DNA of 64,000 bases from Dipteris shenzhenensis (Eukaryota), in NCBI GenBank assembly GCA_047967505.1, contig CM106538.1; one strand, written 5' to 3'. The stretch's first letter is position 1. Every line of letters begins with the position of its first letter. Below are positions 13,022 to 25,940 of the stretch, one piece after another. Position numbers and translations under genes: made by a program. The notes under the pieces are model-generated. The model was not told the origin of the DNA and did no database searches. It saw only the letters and a list, made by a program, of their open reading frames with translations.

Positions 13022-13756
13022 TGTTAGATATAAATGCTTCACTCTCGTGTAACTACGCGGGAACCAGCTAACTCTACTTGTAAGCCCCCCATATGAGGAG
13101 AAGGCATTTGAGTAGCTCGGTTATCCGGTAGGTCCTAGTTTGGACACCAGATGGGGGCCATGTTTGGCCTGATGGCTGGACGACTTCAGATAGAGTTGGT
13201 ACATTGCCAACTAGGCTACTTGCAAGTGCGGGAAGGCATCCCATGACTGACCGCACTGAGGGTAGACTGAGCATTTCTCGGGGCAGCCCACTCTCGGGTT
13301 GCGGGGCCTGTTTGGAGCCCCAGATGATCTCGGATGGGGCTCTGGGCCAAATGGTGACCATAGCTTAGTTGCTCTATTTTGCGCCACAATTCTATCAAGT
13401 GGTCGATGGCCTATTTCGGGACCGACCCCTAGTCGGCCGTTTTGGGCGGACTAGGTCAGTCACCCAATAGGGTCTAACCGACTATGACTGGTGGCTATAT
13501 AAGAGCAAGCTCATGAAGCCCATCATCATCACTGGCTACAGCAACCCTAATTCCTTAGCACCCAGCCTCCGTCCTCTACTGTTTCCAGCATGCCATCGAA
13601 GCTTCTCTCACAAGACCGCACGGCTGGGAGGTAGTGCCATCTATTGTATTAGTTCTACAATAATCAAATTTTTGATTCTCCATACTATCTACTTTTCTCT
13701 CTTGCATACGAGATCCTATTATCTGTTGAGCACAGACGTTGTAATGTTTTCTTACA
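13022..13756 (+). repeat. 5' LTR of copia family 1
   Basis: tgttagatat...ttcttaca, matching 17831-18558 and the reverse complement of 59716-60430. Confidence 0.95.
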
Positions 13757-13768
13757 TGGTATCAGAGC
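13757..13768 (+). promoter_or_regulatory. Primer-binding site complementary to the tRNA-iMet 3' end
   Basis: TGGTATCAGAGC immediately after the LTR. Confidence 0.92.
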
Positions 13769-16700
13769 TTGGGCTCTAGCAAGAAGATTTGGTAGTGTGT
13801 TTCTATTTGCAAGCAAATTGTGAGAGATGGCCCAGCCCGCAAGACTGCGAATCCCACCGTTCGGCAAAAGCAGAAAGTTGGGCGGCACTAACTATCCACT
13901 CTGGAAGCTCAAGATGAAGACCATCCTAATCGCATACGAGATTTGGGATATTGCTAATGGGGTGGACTTGAAGTTGGTTGCGAGAGCGAATCCAGCCAAT
14001 GCAGCTTGACAGATAGTACCAACTGCAGATGAGATTCTCGCGTGGACAAGAAGAAATGCAGATGCACTATGTCCTATTGTCTGCAGTGTAAGTGATTCTG
14101 TCATGGCGTTAATTGAACATGTCACCACAGCGGAGGAGGCATGGACGGTCTTGAAAAATCAGTACAAGACCACGAATCAGACGCGAATTCAAAATCTGGA
14201 GACTCAACTCGCGAACAAGAAAAGAGAAGTTCATCACCAGGATGAAGAATCTGTGCAATTAGATGACTGCGATTGGCATCACCATCACTAGCGAGAATCT
14301 AGCTGAAGGGCATACGGATTCTCCCACCAAAGTACGATGGTCTTGTTACGACGCTGAATATGCAGAATAGAAATCTGCCCCTCAACTTTGAGGATTTCAG
14401 CGCCATGATTCTAGAGGAGGAGATGCATCAAAAGACAAGGACTGGAGAAGATTCAGCTTTCTCGGCTAGATCAAAGAAAGGTAAGGATAAGGACTCTAGT
14501 AACCCATCTTCCTCTGATGATAAAAAGAGAAAGAAAAAGATCAAGTGCTTCTATTGCAACAAGGCACGACACAAGCAGAATGAGTGCCGGAAGAAGATTC
14601 CAGATGAGAAGAACAGAGCAAAGAAAAAGTCCAGCAATAGCGCACAGACAGTACCAGTAGAGCTGTTCATAGCAATTGAGGAGATTTGCACGGAGGCAGT
14701 TCATGTACCTGCAGATGAACCTTGGATTATTGACAGTGGTGCATCACGGAACATGACCAGTTGGAAGGATTGGTATACCTCTCTACATCCGGTAGGGAAT
14801 GACCTCCTGGTAGCAGTCGGCAATGATGCAAAATGTCCAGCAAAAGGAAAAGGTACGATTGCTCTCAAGTCAGATGGAGTTGTAAAACAGTTGTCCGATG
14901 TTCTTTATGTGCCAGATATCAAGCAGAACTTGTTGTCTGTTTCTACAATCATGGAGCGGGACCTCAAAGTTCAATTCGATAAGAATGGTGCACAGATTTT
15001 GGATCTTCAAGGGAAGGTCGTTGGTAAAGGTACATGGCACAACAACATCTAGAACTCTCAGCTTTCAGTTCTCGAGCCGATGTGAAGAACAATAAGCTAT
15101 GGCATGAGAGGTTTGGTCATCTAAACCTTAGTTCTTTAAAGGAGATGCATAAAAGTGGAATGATTGCAGACCTACCATAAATTATAGATCTGCCCGATGT
15201 ATGTGAAGCTTGCATGATGGGCAAGCAGCATCAGCAGCCCTTTCCTAAAGAGGCTAGCAGGGCAAAGGCTCCTCTAGAGCTCGTTCACATGGACCTCTAT
15301 GAAAAGATGGAGACGAAAGATTTGGATGGTTCCTACTACTTCATGATGCTGATCGACGACTACAGTAGAAGGATATGGATATACTTCCTGAAGACTAAAG
15401 ATGAGGCTTTTAGTAAGTTCAAAGAATGGCATGTAATGGGCGATAAAGAAATGGGGAGGAAGGTGAAGAAGTTGAGATCAGACAGAGATGGAGAGTTCAC
15501 ATCAAGTGAATTCGAAAGTTACTGCAAAAGTCATGAGATCAAGAGGCAGAAATCCCCGCCACATACATCACAGCAAAATGGAGTAGTAGAGCACAAGATG
15601 TGCATCCTCTACGAAATGGGCAGGATTATGATGAAAGGGAAAGATTTGCCAAAGTCTTTCTAGGCTGAAGCATGTAACACGGCAGTTTACATTCTAAATC
15701 GTAGCTACACAAAGGCTCTGAACGGGATGACTCCACTGCAGGCCTTTTCTCGAAAGAAACCTTCAGCTGCACATTTCAGAGTTTTTGGATGTGACTGTTT
15801 TGTGCATGTCCCTGATGCTAATAGGACCAAATGGGAACCGAAGAGCCATAAGTGTATTTTATTGGGCTACAGTGAAGAGGCGAAGGGTTACCGTCTCTAT
15901 AACCCTATTACCAAGAAGGTAATAGTAAGTCGTGATGTGGTCTTCTCAGAACAGCCGCATCAATTGGAGGAGGATGCTTCCTTCCCAAACAACCAGGACC
16001 AGGATATCCATCCGGTACAACCACCAACAGCAGACCGAACTCCCCCAATGGTGCTTGGGAGGATTCAAGATAAAGAAGAGGAAGAAGAGCCTATGGAACC
16101 ACAACGGCAACGGCCACTCCCGAAGTGGGTAAAGCATCCTTTGGACAGCAGAGAACCTCCAGCCATTGAGGAGGAACCATCCGAACACCGCCGGTCCAAG
16201 AGATTAGAGGAGCAAAGAAGGGCGCAGGAACACTTGGTCAACTACGCTCTGATGACAGAGGTGATCTGTGCTAAAGAACCCAAGTGTCTTGAAGAGGCAC
16301 AGGGTGATGATAAGTGGATGGAGGCTATGCAGTCGGAGTATGGCCCCATAATGAAGAACAACACTTAGGACCTTGTGGATCGACCACCAAAATGCAAGGT
16401 AATCAGAACCAAGTGGGTGTACAAGACCAAGTACAAGTTCGACGGCACATTGGATAAGTACAAGGCTAGACTCGTGGCAAAAGGGTTTGCACAGGTACAT
16501 GGTTTTGATTATCAGGATACTTTTGCTCCCACATCTCAACTAACCACAATTTGCAGTGTTTTGGCTTTAGTAGCACAAGCCTAGTTGGCCCGTGTTTCAG
16601 ATGGATGTAAAATCTATCTTTCTGAATGGAGATCTCAAGGAGGAGGCATACGTGGAACAACCACCAGGTTTTGTGATCCCTGGTTCAGAAGGTAAAGTCT

Positions 16701-17830
16701 GTAAACTGAAGAAGGCACTTTACGGGCTGAAACAGGCCCCACGAGCGTGGTACCAATGGATTGATGCCTACTTTCTACAAAACGGGTTCAAGAGGAGCCC
16801 ATCTGATGCAAATTTGTATAACTACAGAGAAGGAGGCAGGTGTATGGTCATGGTCCTTTATGTGGATGACCTTGTCATAACAAGGAACCATGAAGAGAGG
16901 ATCTTGCAGACAAAGCATTTGCTAGGAAGAGAGTTTGAAATGACAGACCTCGGACAGATGCATTTTTGTTTAAGGATTGAAGTTTGGGAAGAGCCAAAAC
17001 AGATCTTCATCTCACAACCAAATTATGTTGGAGAGATACTGAAGGCATTTGGCATGGCTGAGTGCAAGACAGTTGGCACCCCTATGGAGGTTGACGTGAA
17101 GCTCTCAAACGAGGATTCATCACCACTGGTGGACGAAGCGAAGTATTAAAGGCTTGTGGGCAGCTTAATTTACTTGTGCAACACGCGACCGAACATCAGC
17201 TTTGCGATTGGTGTACTAAGCAGGTTTTCCAATAAAGCCCCGGGAGAACCATTGGAGGGCAGGGATGCAGGCGCTGAAATACATCAAGGGCACACTTGAT
17301 TATGGCATCACCTATACCAAGGGCAACATCTTGACCAGATTCTATGACTCGGATTGGGCAGGAGACGTGGACAGCAGGAGATCAGTGACAGGTTATTGTT
17401 TCTCACTTGGATCTTGAGCTATGTCATGGCTCAGTAAGAAGCAACCCATAGTTGCTCTTTCTTCTACAGAGGCTGAGTACAAATCAGCATGTTTTGCTTC
17501 TTGTGTGGTAGTGTGGTTGAGGAGGATTTTAGGGGACATGGTTGCAGTGCAGAATAAGCCTACGCAATTATCATGTGACAATCAAAGTTGAATGGCGATT
17601 GCAAAGAACTCTGTGTTCCACGCTCGCACAAAACACATTGAGATTCAATATCACTTTGTACGCGAGCTCATCATGGATGGAAAGGTCGACTTGGTGTATT
17701 GTCCGACTATAGAGAATGTTGCGGACATCTTCACGAAGGCTCTTGGCAGAGACTTGCTAGAGAGCCATCTTCATCGACTTGGCATTGGGCTAAAAAAGTA
17801 AGTTCATTTGCGGGTGGACATTGAGGGGGG

Positions 17831-18558
17831 TGTTAGATATCAATGCTCCACTCTCATTTAACTATGCGGGAACAAGCTAACTCTACTTGTAAGCCCCCCA
17901 TATGAGGAGAAGGCATTTGAGTAGCTCAGTTATCCGATAGGTCCTGGTTTGGACACCAGATGGGGGCCATGTGTGGTGGCCTGATGGCTGGATGGCTTTA
18001 GATAGAATTGGTACAATCCAACTAGGCTATATGCAAGTGCAGGAAGGCATCCCATGATTGACCGCACTGAGGGTAGATGGAGCATTTCCCAAGGTAGCCC
18101 ACTCTTGGGTTCTGAGGCCCATTTGGAGCCCTAGATGATCTCGAATGGCTCTGGGCCAAACAGTAACCATGGGTTCGTGGCTCTATTTTGCACCACGGTT
18201 TTACCGAGTGGTCAGTGGCCTATTTCGAGACCGACCCCTAGTCGGCCATTTTGGGTGGACTAGGTCAGTCACCCAATTGTGTCTAACTGACTGGTGGCTA
18301 AATAAGAGCAAGCCTGTGAAGCCCATCATCATCACTGGCTATAGAAACCCTGATTCCTTAGCATCCAGCCTCCGTCCTCTACTGTTTCCAACATGCCATC
18401 GAAACTTCTCTCACAGGAACGCACGGCTGGGAGGCAGCACCATCTATTGTATCAGTTTTACAGTAATCAAATTTTTATTCTCCATACTACCTTCTTTTCT
18501 CTCTTGCATACGAGATCCTGTTATCTGTTGAGCACAGACATTGTATTGTTTTCTTACA
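17831..18558 (+). repeat. 3' LTR of copia family 1
   Basis: Preceded by the polypurine tract at 17823-17830 and followed by the TSD TATGT. Confidence 0.95.
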
Positions 18559-19304
18559 TATGTCTCCAATAAACCTCCAGGATTAGACCAAAGGGTACCA
18601 TTGCAATTCCACACTACTATTGTTAGCCCCTCCTACTGACACCGTCATGTGCTATCCATCTCCCCTTCTTTTTTTTCTTCCCTTTCACCCATTTTTGCTT
18701 TCTCTCTAATAATCACCTTTCCATCTCCATAGGCGGCCCATTTACTTGCATCTCTTGCTACCATAACATGCACCATTCCCTCTCTTTGATGCTTCTGCTG
18801 TAGTAATGTGAGGTCATCATCCAAGTATATTCTTGTCCCTTTCAAGGTTTCCCTCATGCTCATGAGGGTAGACCTGTCCCTTGTTGTTCGGAGTTTCGTC
18901 TTCCCATCTTGGTGAACAAGGTTTTTGGCATCTGACATAGGGGTATCTCCCATTGTTAGGCCCCTAACCAAGACTTTCAAAGCCTTGCTACTCATTCTCT
19001 TTTCTTACTTTAGAGCATCAAAAATTCTCTCTTTCTTGGGGGCTGCTGCACATTTCTTAGCCACATTCTTCCATTCCAATATATCTGTGTTCCCTTTGGT
19101 GATTTGCTGTGCAAATTCAGCATGTTTTCCTTGGATGGTTGTCTTTAAGGCTGCCATCTCCTTGCTGTGATCTTCTCATTCTCATATTTTTAGTTCTTCC
19201 ATTGGCTTGTGTGCCCCTTTCGGTTCTCCTTACATGTCTCTTAGTTGCTATAAGCTTTTACCCCATGGCTTGCATTTGGTCATTGAGGCTTGTCTTTTGT
19301 CATT

Positions 19305-19401
19305 GAGAGAGACAGACAGACACACAGATAGACAGACAGACAAACAGAGAGATAGAGAGAGACAAAGAGAGAGAGATAAAGACAGAGAGAGAGAGAGAGA
19401 G
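19305..19401. repeat. GA/GACA compound microsatellite
   Basis: gagagagacagacagac...gagagagag. Confidence 0.9.
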
Positions 19402-19689
19402 AAATATGGAAAGAAAGATGTATTAACATCCACAGCGAGAGGCCTCACAGGCCTATGAGACAAAGTACAAAGTACACCAAAAAGGGAAAAACAAAACTCA
19501 TACAAGATTCAGTGGGATGGAGCAAAGGATGCACTAGAGCTCTTACTGAGTGCTAAAATGCTAAACTGATCTATAGAGCTCAATAGCTCAAGCAAAAAAA
19601 TCAAATACAAATTAGAGACTAGCTGAAGTAGGCTAAGATCCCTCTCTCAGTGATTCAAGTTGCTTGCATATCATCTATCTCCTCTTCCT

Positions 19690-21330
19690 CGATCCCAATG
19701 TGTCTTGGATCTAGCTCAAATGCGAGGGGTGTGGTTGTCCTTTATAGAGCACACCTGGGACCACTCACATCTATGAACTGGAGAGAGAGGAGCATGCACG
19801 ACATATGTGGGTGCGAGTTCAGCTACATGATACACATCCAATTTTCATTGCAGTGAGCTACTTTCCCCACACACATCATCCTACACACGAGAAGTCACCA
19901 CACTGATGGGCACAGCCCATATGAGACTATTCATGATGACATCACAAAGCTCTCTAGACAGGGGAACACTCTCTTCCTTGGTAACTTCAATGCACGTACT
20001 TGAAATAGACAGGTTGGCCTGCTAGGTTTCGAAGATAATTCCATCATAGTATTAGAGATGGATGCAACAAAGCTAGGAATTGTGAGGCACTTGGTAGTAG
20101 ATGCAGATGCACCAATGACAGCATACAAGAGGCATCTACTCAAGTTTGGGGCTATCCATGACTTGATCATATATAGCAATATTCAAAGATGGCCATCATC
20201 TTGGGGGTGCACTTGTTTTCCACATGGCAGAGGGAGAAGCATAGTGGACTACTTGTTGGGCCTACTAGACTTTGCCTCACGGATATGCGACTTTACTATG
20301 CCTCCTCCTCTCGGTGCCAACCACTCATACCTTTCTTTTTGTATCTCAGCTGCCATGCCAACCATGAGGAGGACCTGTGGCCACCCACTCACATTTAGAT
20401 CCATTTTGATCATGTTCTTGGCCTGGTGCATGTGAGCCACCTAGCCTCAGAGCTTCTAGTCTTACTTGGAGATGATATGGACCTCATCCATGCCTCAGAT
20501 ACCCTTGACTCAGTGATACAAGATGTTGCCACCATATTCTTTCCCACAACTCAACCTGCACATGTCCCAGATGGGAAGATGCCCCAAAACCCCTGGTTTG
20601 ACAATGAGTGTAGAGAGGTAAGAGACCACCTCACACATGAGCGAGCATTGGGTGTCATTTTATTTCACTAGAGGCACAACGGATCTCATGCCGAGGCATA
20701 AGTGATGCCAAAATTGAATCAATAAACTCAATAACACGAATACATAGGCAATTTGCAATGGACACGAAAACAATACCTTCTATTATTCTCTGACAATATA
20801 AGCCTCAACCCTACAGGTTTTTTGGAATTACAAGTATTGAAAGATGACTCGACTATGAACCCTATGCAGCTGCATGACTCTAAGACTAGCTATGGCTCAC
20901 ACCTCTTTGGCTCGTGGCCTCAACAAAAGGAAGGATCTAATCACCTCCATGCTTGATATACTAAGCAACGGAGAGAAGTCGGGTGCCACTCTCAAACTCG
21001 TAATCCTCTAGAAGATGCTTGCTATCAACCAAGGGATGTCCACATGTACTTTATGTATTGTCTAAGCTTTAGGCACATGCATGGTCCAATGAGCTTCTAG
21101 TGACCACCTCTTGATCATGCAACCAACCAACCGACTTCGCACAACACATAATATTTGGACCCCTTGAGAGGAGTCCCCAATAGTAAGAAGAGGTATTTTC
21201 TCATACCCATGATGCATGAGTTGATCGTTTCCTTTTGCACGATCATTTCCTTTCATAGAGGATATCCTAGTACCGGCTTGGGGCTCATGTCGGAGGGAAA
21301 GCCGCCCATCCCCATCATAGATCCAGTAGT
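19690..21330 (+). mobile_element. LINE, left part (APE endonuclease and linker), interrupted by element B
   Basis: GVVVLYR, LGNFNART (GDFNAR-like), SIVDYLL and ANHSYL motifs. 21256-21330 aligns with the LINE at about 10665-10745. 20683-21255 does not align and may be a separate insertion. Confidence 0.7.
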
Positions 21331-21356
21331 AACACTTATTTCATTAATTTTGGACT
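21331..21356 (+). repeat. Left TIR of element B
   Basis: Exact reverse complement of 40720-40745. Confidence 0.95.
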
Positions 21357-22105
21357 CATATGTCTACTTTTGGACTATTCCTTAAAATCCTTCCCAACTG
21401 AAAAGTTTACTTTATGAAACTGTCATTCGAGAATCAAAAGTTTACTTTCTGGCACTATCATTTTCACATAAGACATTTCAAAATATCTCTCTACAATGTT
21501 GTACAAATAATGCAAAAACTACTATTAAATCCTAAATTTCTATTTCTTGTTTATAAGAATCATATTCTTAAAATAAAAAATCCGAGTTATTAGTTTAAAT
21601 CCATGAAAAACCATGCTATTGAGGATTCACAACATTTTAAAAATGTATACATAAGAGACCTGTAAGACTCTTTTTACTTTCAATGCAGAAAACTATAACA
21701 CTCTTGAATATTCAAGAAATTAAAAGGTTTATATACACATGAGACATGATGGAAGCCTCTTTTGTACTCCAAAAAGTAGCAATAGCTATGCTTGCAATTT
21801 TACATTATCATGTCATAAGTTTTACAACAAATATTGCTCTGGATGAGTCTTTGTACAAAGGATCTCCTGTGGCCTTTTCAATAATTTAATTTTTCCTTTA
21901 CAATGAGTTTAGTACAAATGGGCGATCCAAACATTTGCTTGTTTGAATGTCCTTTTCTATCATGATCACAGAAATGAGCGATCCAAACATTTGCTTGTTC
22001 AGAATGTCCTTTCTGTCGTCACTTGTCGCTTGGGTGCCATCTTCATTCACTCTCATCTGACAACCACCACCACCTTCACTCTTTCTCGATATTTGAATGG
22101 TGTTA

Positions 22106-25100
22106 TCATGGGCATTCTTCATTTGCGCTATCTCCTTCTACTTCCTCCCGGGCGAGCATCTTTGTGAACTCTGTAATGTGCGTAATAATTGGTTGCGGTA
22201 ATTTTATTTTGTCTTCTACATCATACCCCATGTGCTTCTTTGTTTTCTTTGACCTTGATTTCCAGGATAACTATGACTGTCTCTGTGGAAAGTCTTGAAA
22301 TTGCTTCATGGTTTGGGACCCATTCCTTTTTCAAACAACTACTATACAATGTACTGTTATCTTGGTTCTCCTTCCTGCCCCTTGGCTCATACCATACCGC
22401 TGTAAATGTTGTAGCTCTCCCCCAGTCATCCATGCTCACGTCAACTACTTTTGCAACCCAAAACTTCACGTTCTCATGTTCATCATCCGATGGTCGAACT
22501 GCAACAAAACAATGGACATCTATGTCTATTTGTGGCATAAACTCTCTCTTCTTGGGTCCACAATATGGACGTGGGAGCAACGATTCAAACTCATTTTCAA
22601 AGAGACCACATGCTGGACGCAAGTCATTACCAACATTTGGCCAAAATAAAGGCCGTTCTGCCTTAATATCATCTTCTCGCATTTTTGCAAGGTCCTTTAT
22701 CAATTGGTAGGTCTTGCTAATTACAACAGTAGTGTGTTCCTTCCAAGAGGGCTTCCAATCAGGAAATCTCCGGAGCATTTCCTCTTTGTATGCAATAAAA
22801 GCTTTTAAGCCTTCTATTTCACCTTTGGATTTCTCGCTGAATTCTTTTATAGGAGCCCATGTTGGATGCATTTCTTTGCTCGGGATTGAAGTTAAGAGAG
22901 AGTAAGGTTCTTCAGGTTCCCATTTTGTATCAAGAGAATAGTGTTGCCATTGCATCACTGGTTTTTCATCCTTTAAGAAAAATCGAAAATAGTGTGGAGC
23001 GCTATGACCAATCAGGGCATCACCACCTTTTTGTATGAAAGGTAGAATAAAGCTCTTCCAATCATACATCCTCTCAACCATTGAGCATATTGTTCCTTCC
23101 TTACGGCCACCAACTTGCCTCCCGCATTTTCTTATCAAGTCATCCATTGTCTCCATGTCCTTGTGTTTTAGTTCTCTTGAAACTGTGCTAAATACCTAAT
23201 CGATATCCTCATGTGTGTGCCCAACCAACAAAAACCCAACTTCAATCTCATTGAAGATTCTATGAGCGATTAGCATTGAGCAAAATGCAAAGAAGAGTAC
23301 ATTCTTATTCTCTCGTCCACAATTGTCTGCTTGTATTCTCAAAGTTGCTGGTAGGCGACCTTTTTCTGCATGTACATTGTGAATTGCCTTCATAACGGAT
23401 GTTACAACTTGATTGCTATCGTGTAGATGCAAGGAATCAATCCATATGTCTGCAAAAAACTTAAATCCGTGCACTAACACTCCACATAGATGTGTCTTTA
23501 AAAAGTATTTGCCTTGTAGCTTAGGTGGAGTGTTAACGAATCGAGGTAATGTTGTTGTATTTTGATCCATACCATCTACAATAATGCACATGTACTCATT
23601 TGGGTGAGAAATAGCTTGCTCCTTCCAAAATGCATATTTTATTCTAGAATGTCGAACAAGTCCATGATGAAATTCTCTCTTTCTTTTGTAAGCTTCTTTT
23701 TGTTCTGGAGATGTTGCACTCTCAAGTGCTCGCTTTAGATCATCACAGTCGTTGCACTTTGACATTTTTTGCCTCTTTGGGATTTTAACATGTCCAAAGC
23801 TTTTTTTCCAAAGAGTATACAAAGTATGAAAAGATGCCGGTGCATGCCCTCTTTGCCTCTGTGTTTCTCCAATAGAGTTAAATACTTCTTTTTTGGTCAA
23901 ACCTATCGGAAGATGCATTTCTGATAGGTGGGGTTGTGGTAAAGCATTTTCATAAATGTAATCTTTCAAAATTGCTGTTGCCGCAACCGTTGAGGCTCTT
24001 GTTTTGGGCCTTCCTATGTTTCCATGAATGTTAAATTTAACTCCATACTTTGCTTTATTAGCCAAATTCCAATATGTGCCATGTGATAATCCTGTAATAA
24101 TGCGATATGCATTATTGCATATACTTTTTCCATTTATAAGAGGCCTTATTTGATGTCCTGAACTTCGCCTTCTCTTATCATTTACAAGAAAGCAAGACAA
24201 TCTCGTGAGTAGGTATTCATTTCTTCTGCTTCCTTTCCTTTGCCATACATGTTCTCTACAACCCTTGATGTCATGTAAGTTAATGGATCGCATACATGTA
24301 TGCTTACAGCATGTAGATCGCATTGCTTTTAGCATAACATCTTCATTCATTACTCTTATTCTCTTTGGTTGCTTTTCTGGATCTGCCTGCACTCGTTGTC
24401 TTTTCATGCATCTGTATGTCCGTTTTGGGACCTTCTGTTCATTCTTATTTGGATTTGTGTAGTTCTCCTTGTAAGATTTATTTGTCACGTTGTTTTCATG
24501 AGATGTTGCATCCTTGATCTTATCACTCTGACAGTCAAATACTGAATATTCCTTTGTTGATGTCATCCTTGCTTTTGATACATTCGTCAAACCATTTGTA
24601 ACATTTACAAGTTCACAATCAAAGTCAAACACCGAATAGTCCTTTGTTGATCTCATCCCTACTTTTGATACAATCGTAGAACCACTTGTCACAATGGCAT
24701 TAGAGTGTCCCGAATGATCTTCAAACTCATCTATTCCTGAGAGAACATCACTCATTGATGCACTTTCTATGGATTTCATAACTCCATAGTCAGTGGTGAT
24801 AGACTGTCCAGAATGATCTTCAAACTCATCTATTCCTGAGAGAACATCGCTCATTGATGCACTTTCTATGGATTTCATAACTCCATAGTCTTGAAACTCC
24901 TCTACTCCAGAGAGAACATCACTCATTATACTATCGTGCATGATTTCCATAATTCCATAGTTACCTGCTTTGACACCAAGAACTTTATCAGTATCCATGA
25001 AGCCATCCATGCTTGAAGATATAACACTTTTCACATCTTTGCCCAAGTTCTCAATGTGCATGAACTCATCCACCCCGGATAAGGCATCACTTGTGAAATA

Positions 25101-25814
25101 TTTTTCTTTCTCGGTACCAATGAACTCATCGACTTCTGATAAGACGTCAGTGCTATAGTTGAGTGCATTGGAATCATCCATCTCTGAAGGAATAGAGCTT
25201 GGTACATTGGCATATTCTTTCAATTCTTTGATGTTGTAGTATACATTATGTTTATCATTAAAAACCACATGCCGAGTCTTTCCAATCTTTAAAAATTGCA
25301 TGCTCCATCTCAAATCCTTACCTACCTCATAGTAGGGACCATCCAATGACATTGAGTTATCATCCATACCATCATCAGTAACTTTTTGAATTCTCATCTG
25401 CGCAAATGTCCAGTGTTCAACTTGTTCAAATCCCAAGACTTGATCTTCTGCTACATACTTATTTGTAAATGATAACATTTGTAAAATATCTCCCACTCTA
25501 AAATCCAAAGATATGCACTTTGTATTCCTGATGACATGTGTTGGATAAGTCTCATCTCTGTCCCATGCAATAAATGCTTTGTTGGAAGTATTATAGGGCA
25601 TAACATCTCCAAGGATTTCCATATCCCCACACTTATGCTTTAGCTCAACATGTGCACTAAGAATCCTTGATACGATAACCGCTACCTTATCTTCGCCAAG
25701 TCTTCTAAAGTGACAAATAGAATTTCGATCACTTTCATGGATTGTAGCAAATGCAACTACTTCTCTTTTGCAACATAAAATCACCTCCATCCCCGGAATA
25801 AATTTTGTAGCCAT
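22106..25814 (-). pseudogene. Sola-like/DUF7869-type DDD transposase of element B (about 1230 aa; one nonsense codon and one frameshift)
   Basis: Likely ATG at 25814 after a ttgcag acceptor. Motifs IVDGMDQ, QADNCGRENKN and FLLVGHTHEDID*VFS; the TAG at 23196-23198 is in frame with ORF 22221-23156. A frameshift near 22270 restores SWKSRS...KIKLPQ, which parallels WSW...KVKIP in element A, ending at TGA 22106-22108. Confidence 0.9.
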
Positions 25815-25940
25815 CTCCTTTGTGAGTTTCCTCTGCAAACAAGCTGTAACAACCATTATAAAGAACATTAGTCTCTTCTCAATAATCTACTTTATTAATG
25901 ATTTAAAAATCCAGAACGTGTTTGAAAATTTAATTAGACA

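Larger units (their letters stand above)
13022..18558 (+). mobile_element. Full-length degenerate Ty1/copia LTR retrotransposon (family 1)
   Basis: TG...CA LTRs at 13022-13756 and 17831-18558; 5-bp TSD TATGT at 13017-13021 and 18559-18563; primer-binding site TGGTATCAGAGC; polypurine tract GAGGGGGG. Order is gag (CFYCNKARHKQNEC), protease (WIIDSGAS), integrase (LRSDRDGEF), RT (LYVDDL), RNase H (KHIEIQYHFVRE). Multiple stops and frameshifts. Confidence 0.97.
12833..19200 (-). mobile_element. LINE 5' fragment (ORF1 and start of the APE endonuclease) split by the copia insertion
   Basis: 18645-18995 encodes LKGTRIYLDDDLT (LINE ORF1-like). Joining the flanks across the copia gives VWNCNGTLWSNPGGLLETYTDRDMIFYTKTHE (APE N-terminus-like). 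Confidence 0.6.

Noticed and set aside
13074-13779. Small ORFs recurring at 13.1-13.8, 18.1-18.5 and 59.6-60.4 kb
   Set aside because: They recur only because they lie in the copia LTRs; their frames are not conserved between copies.
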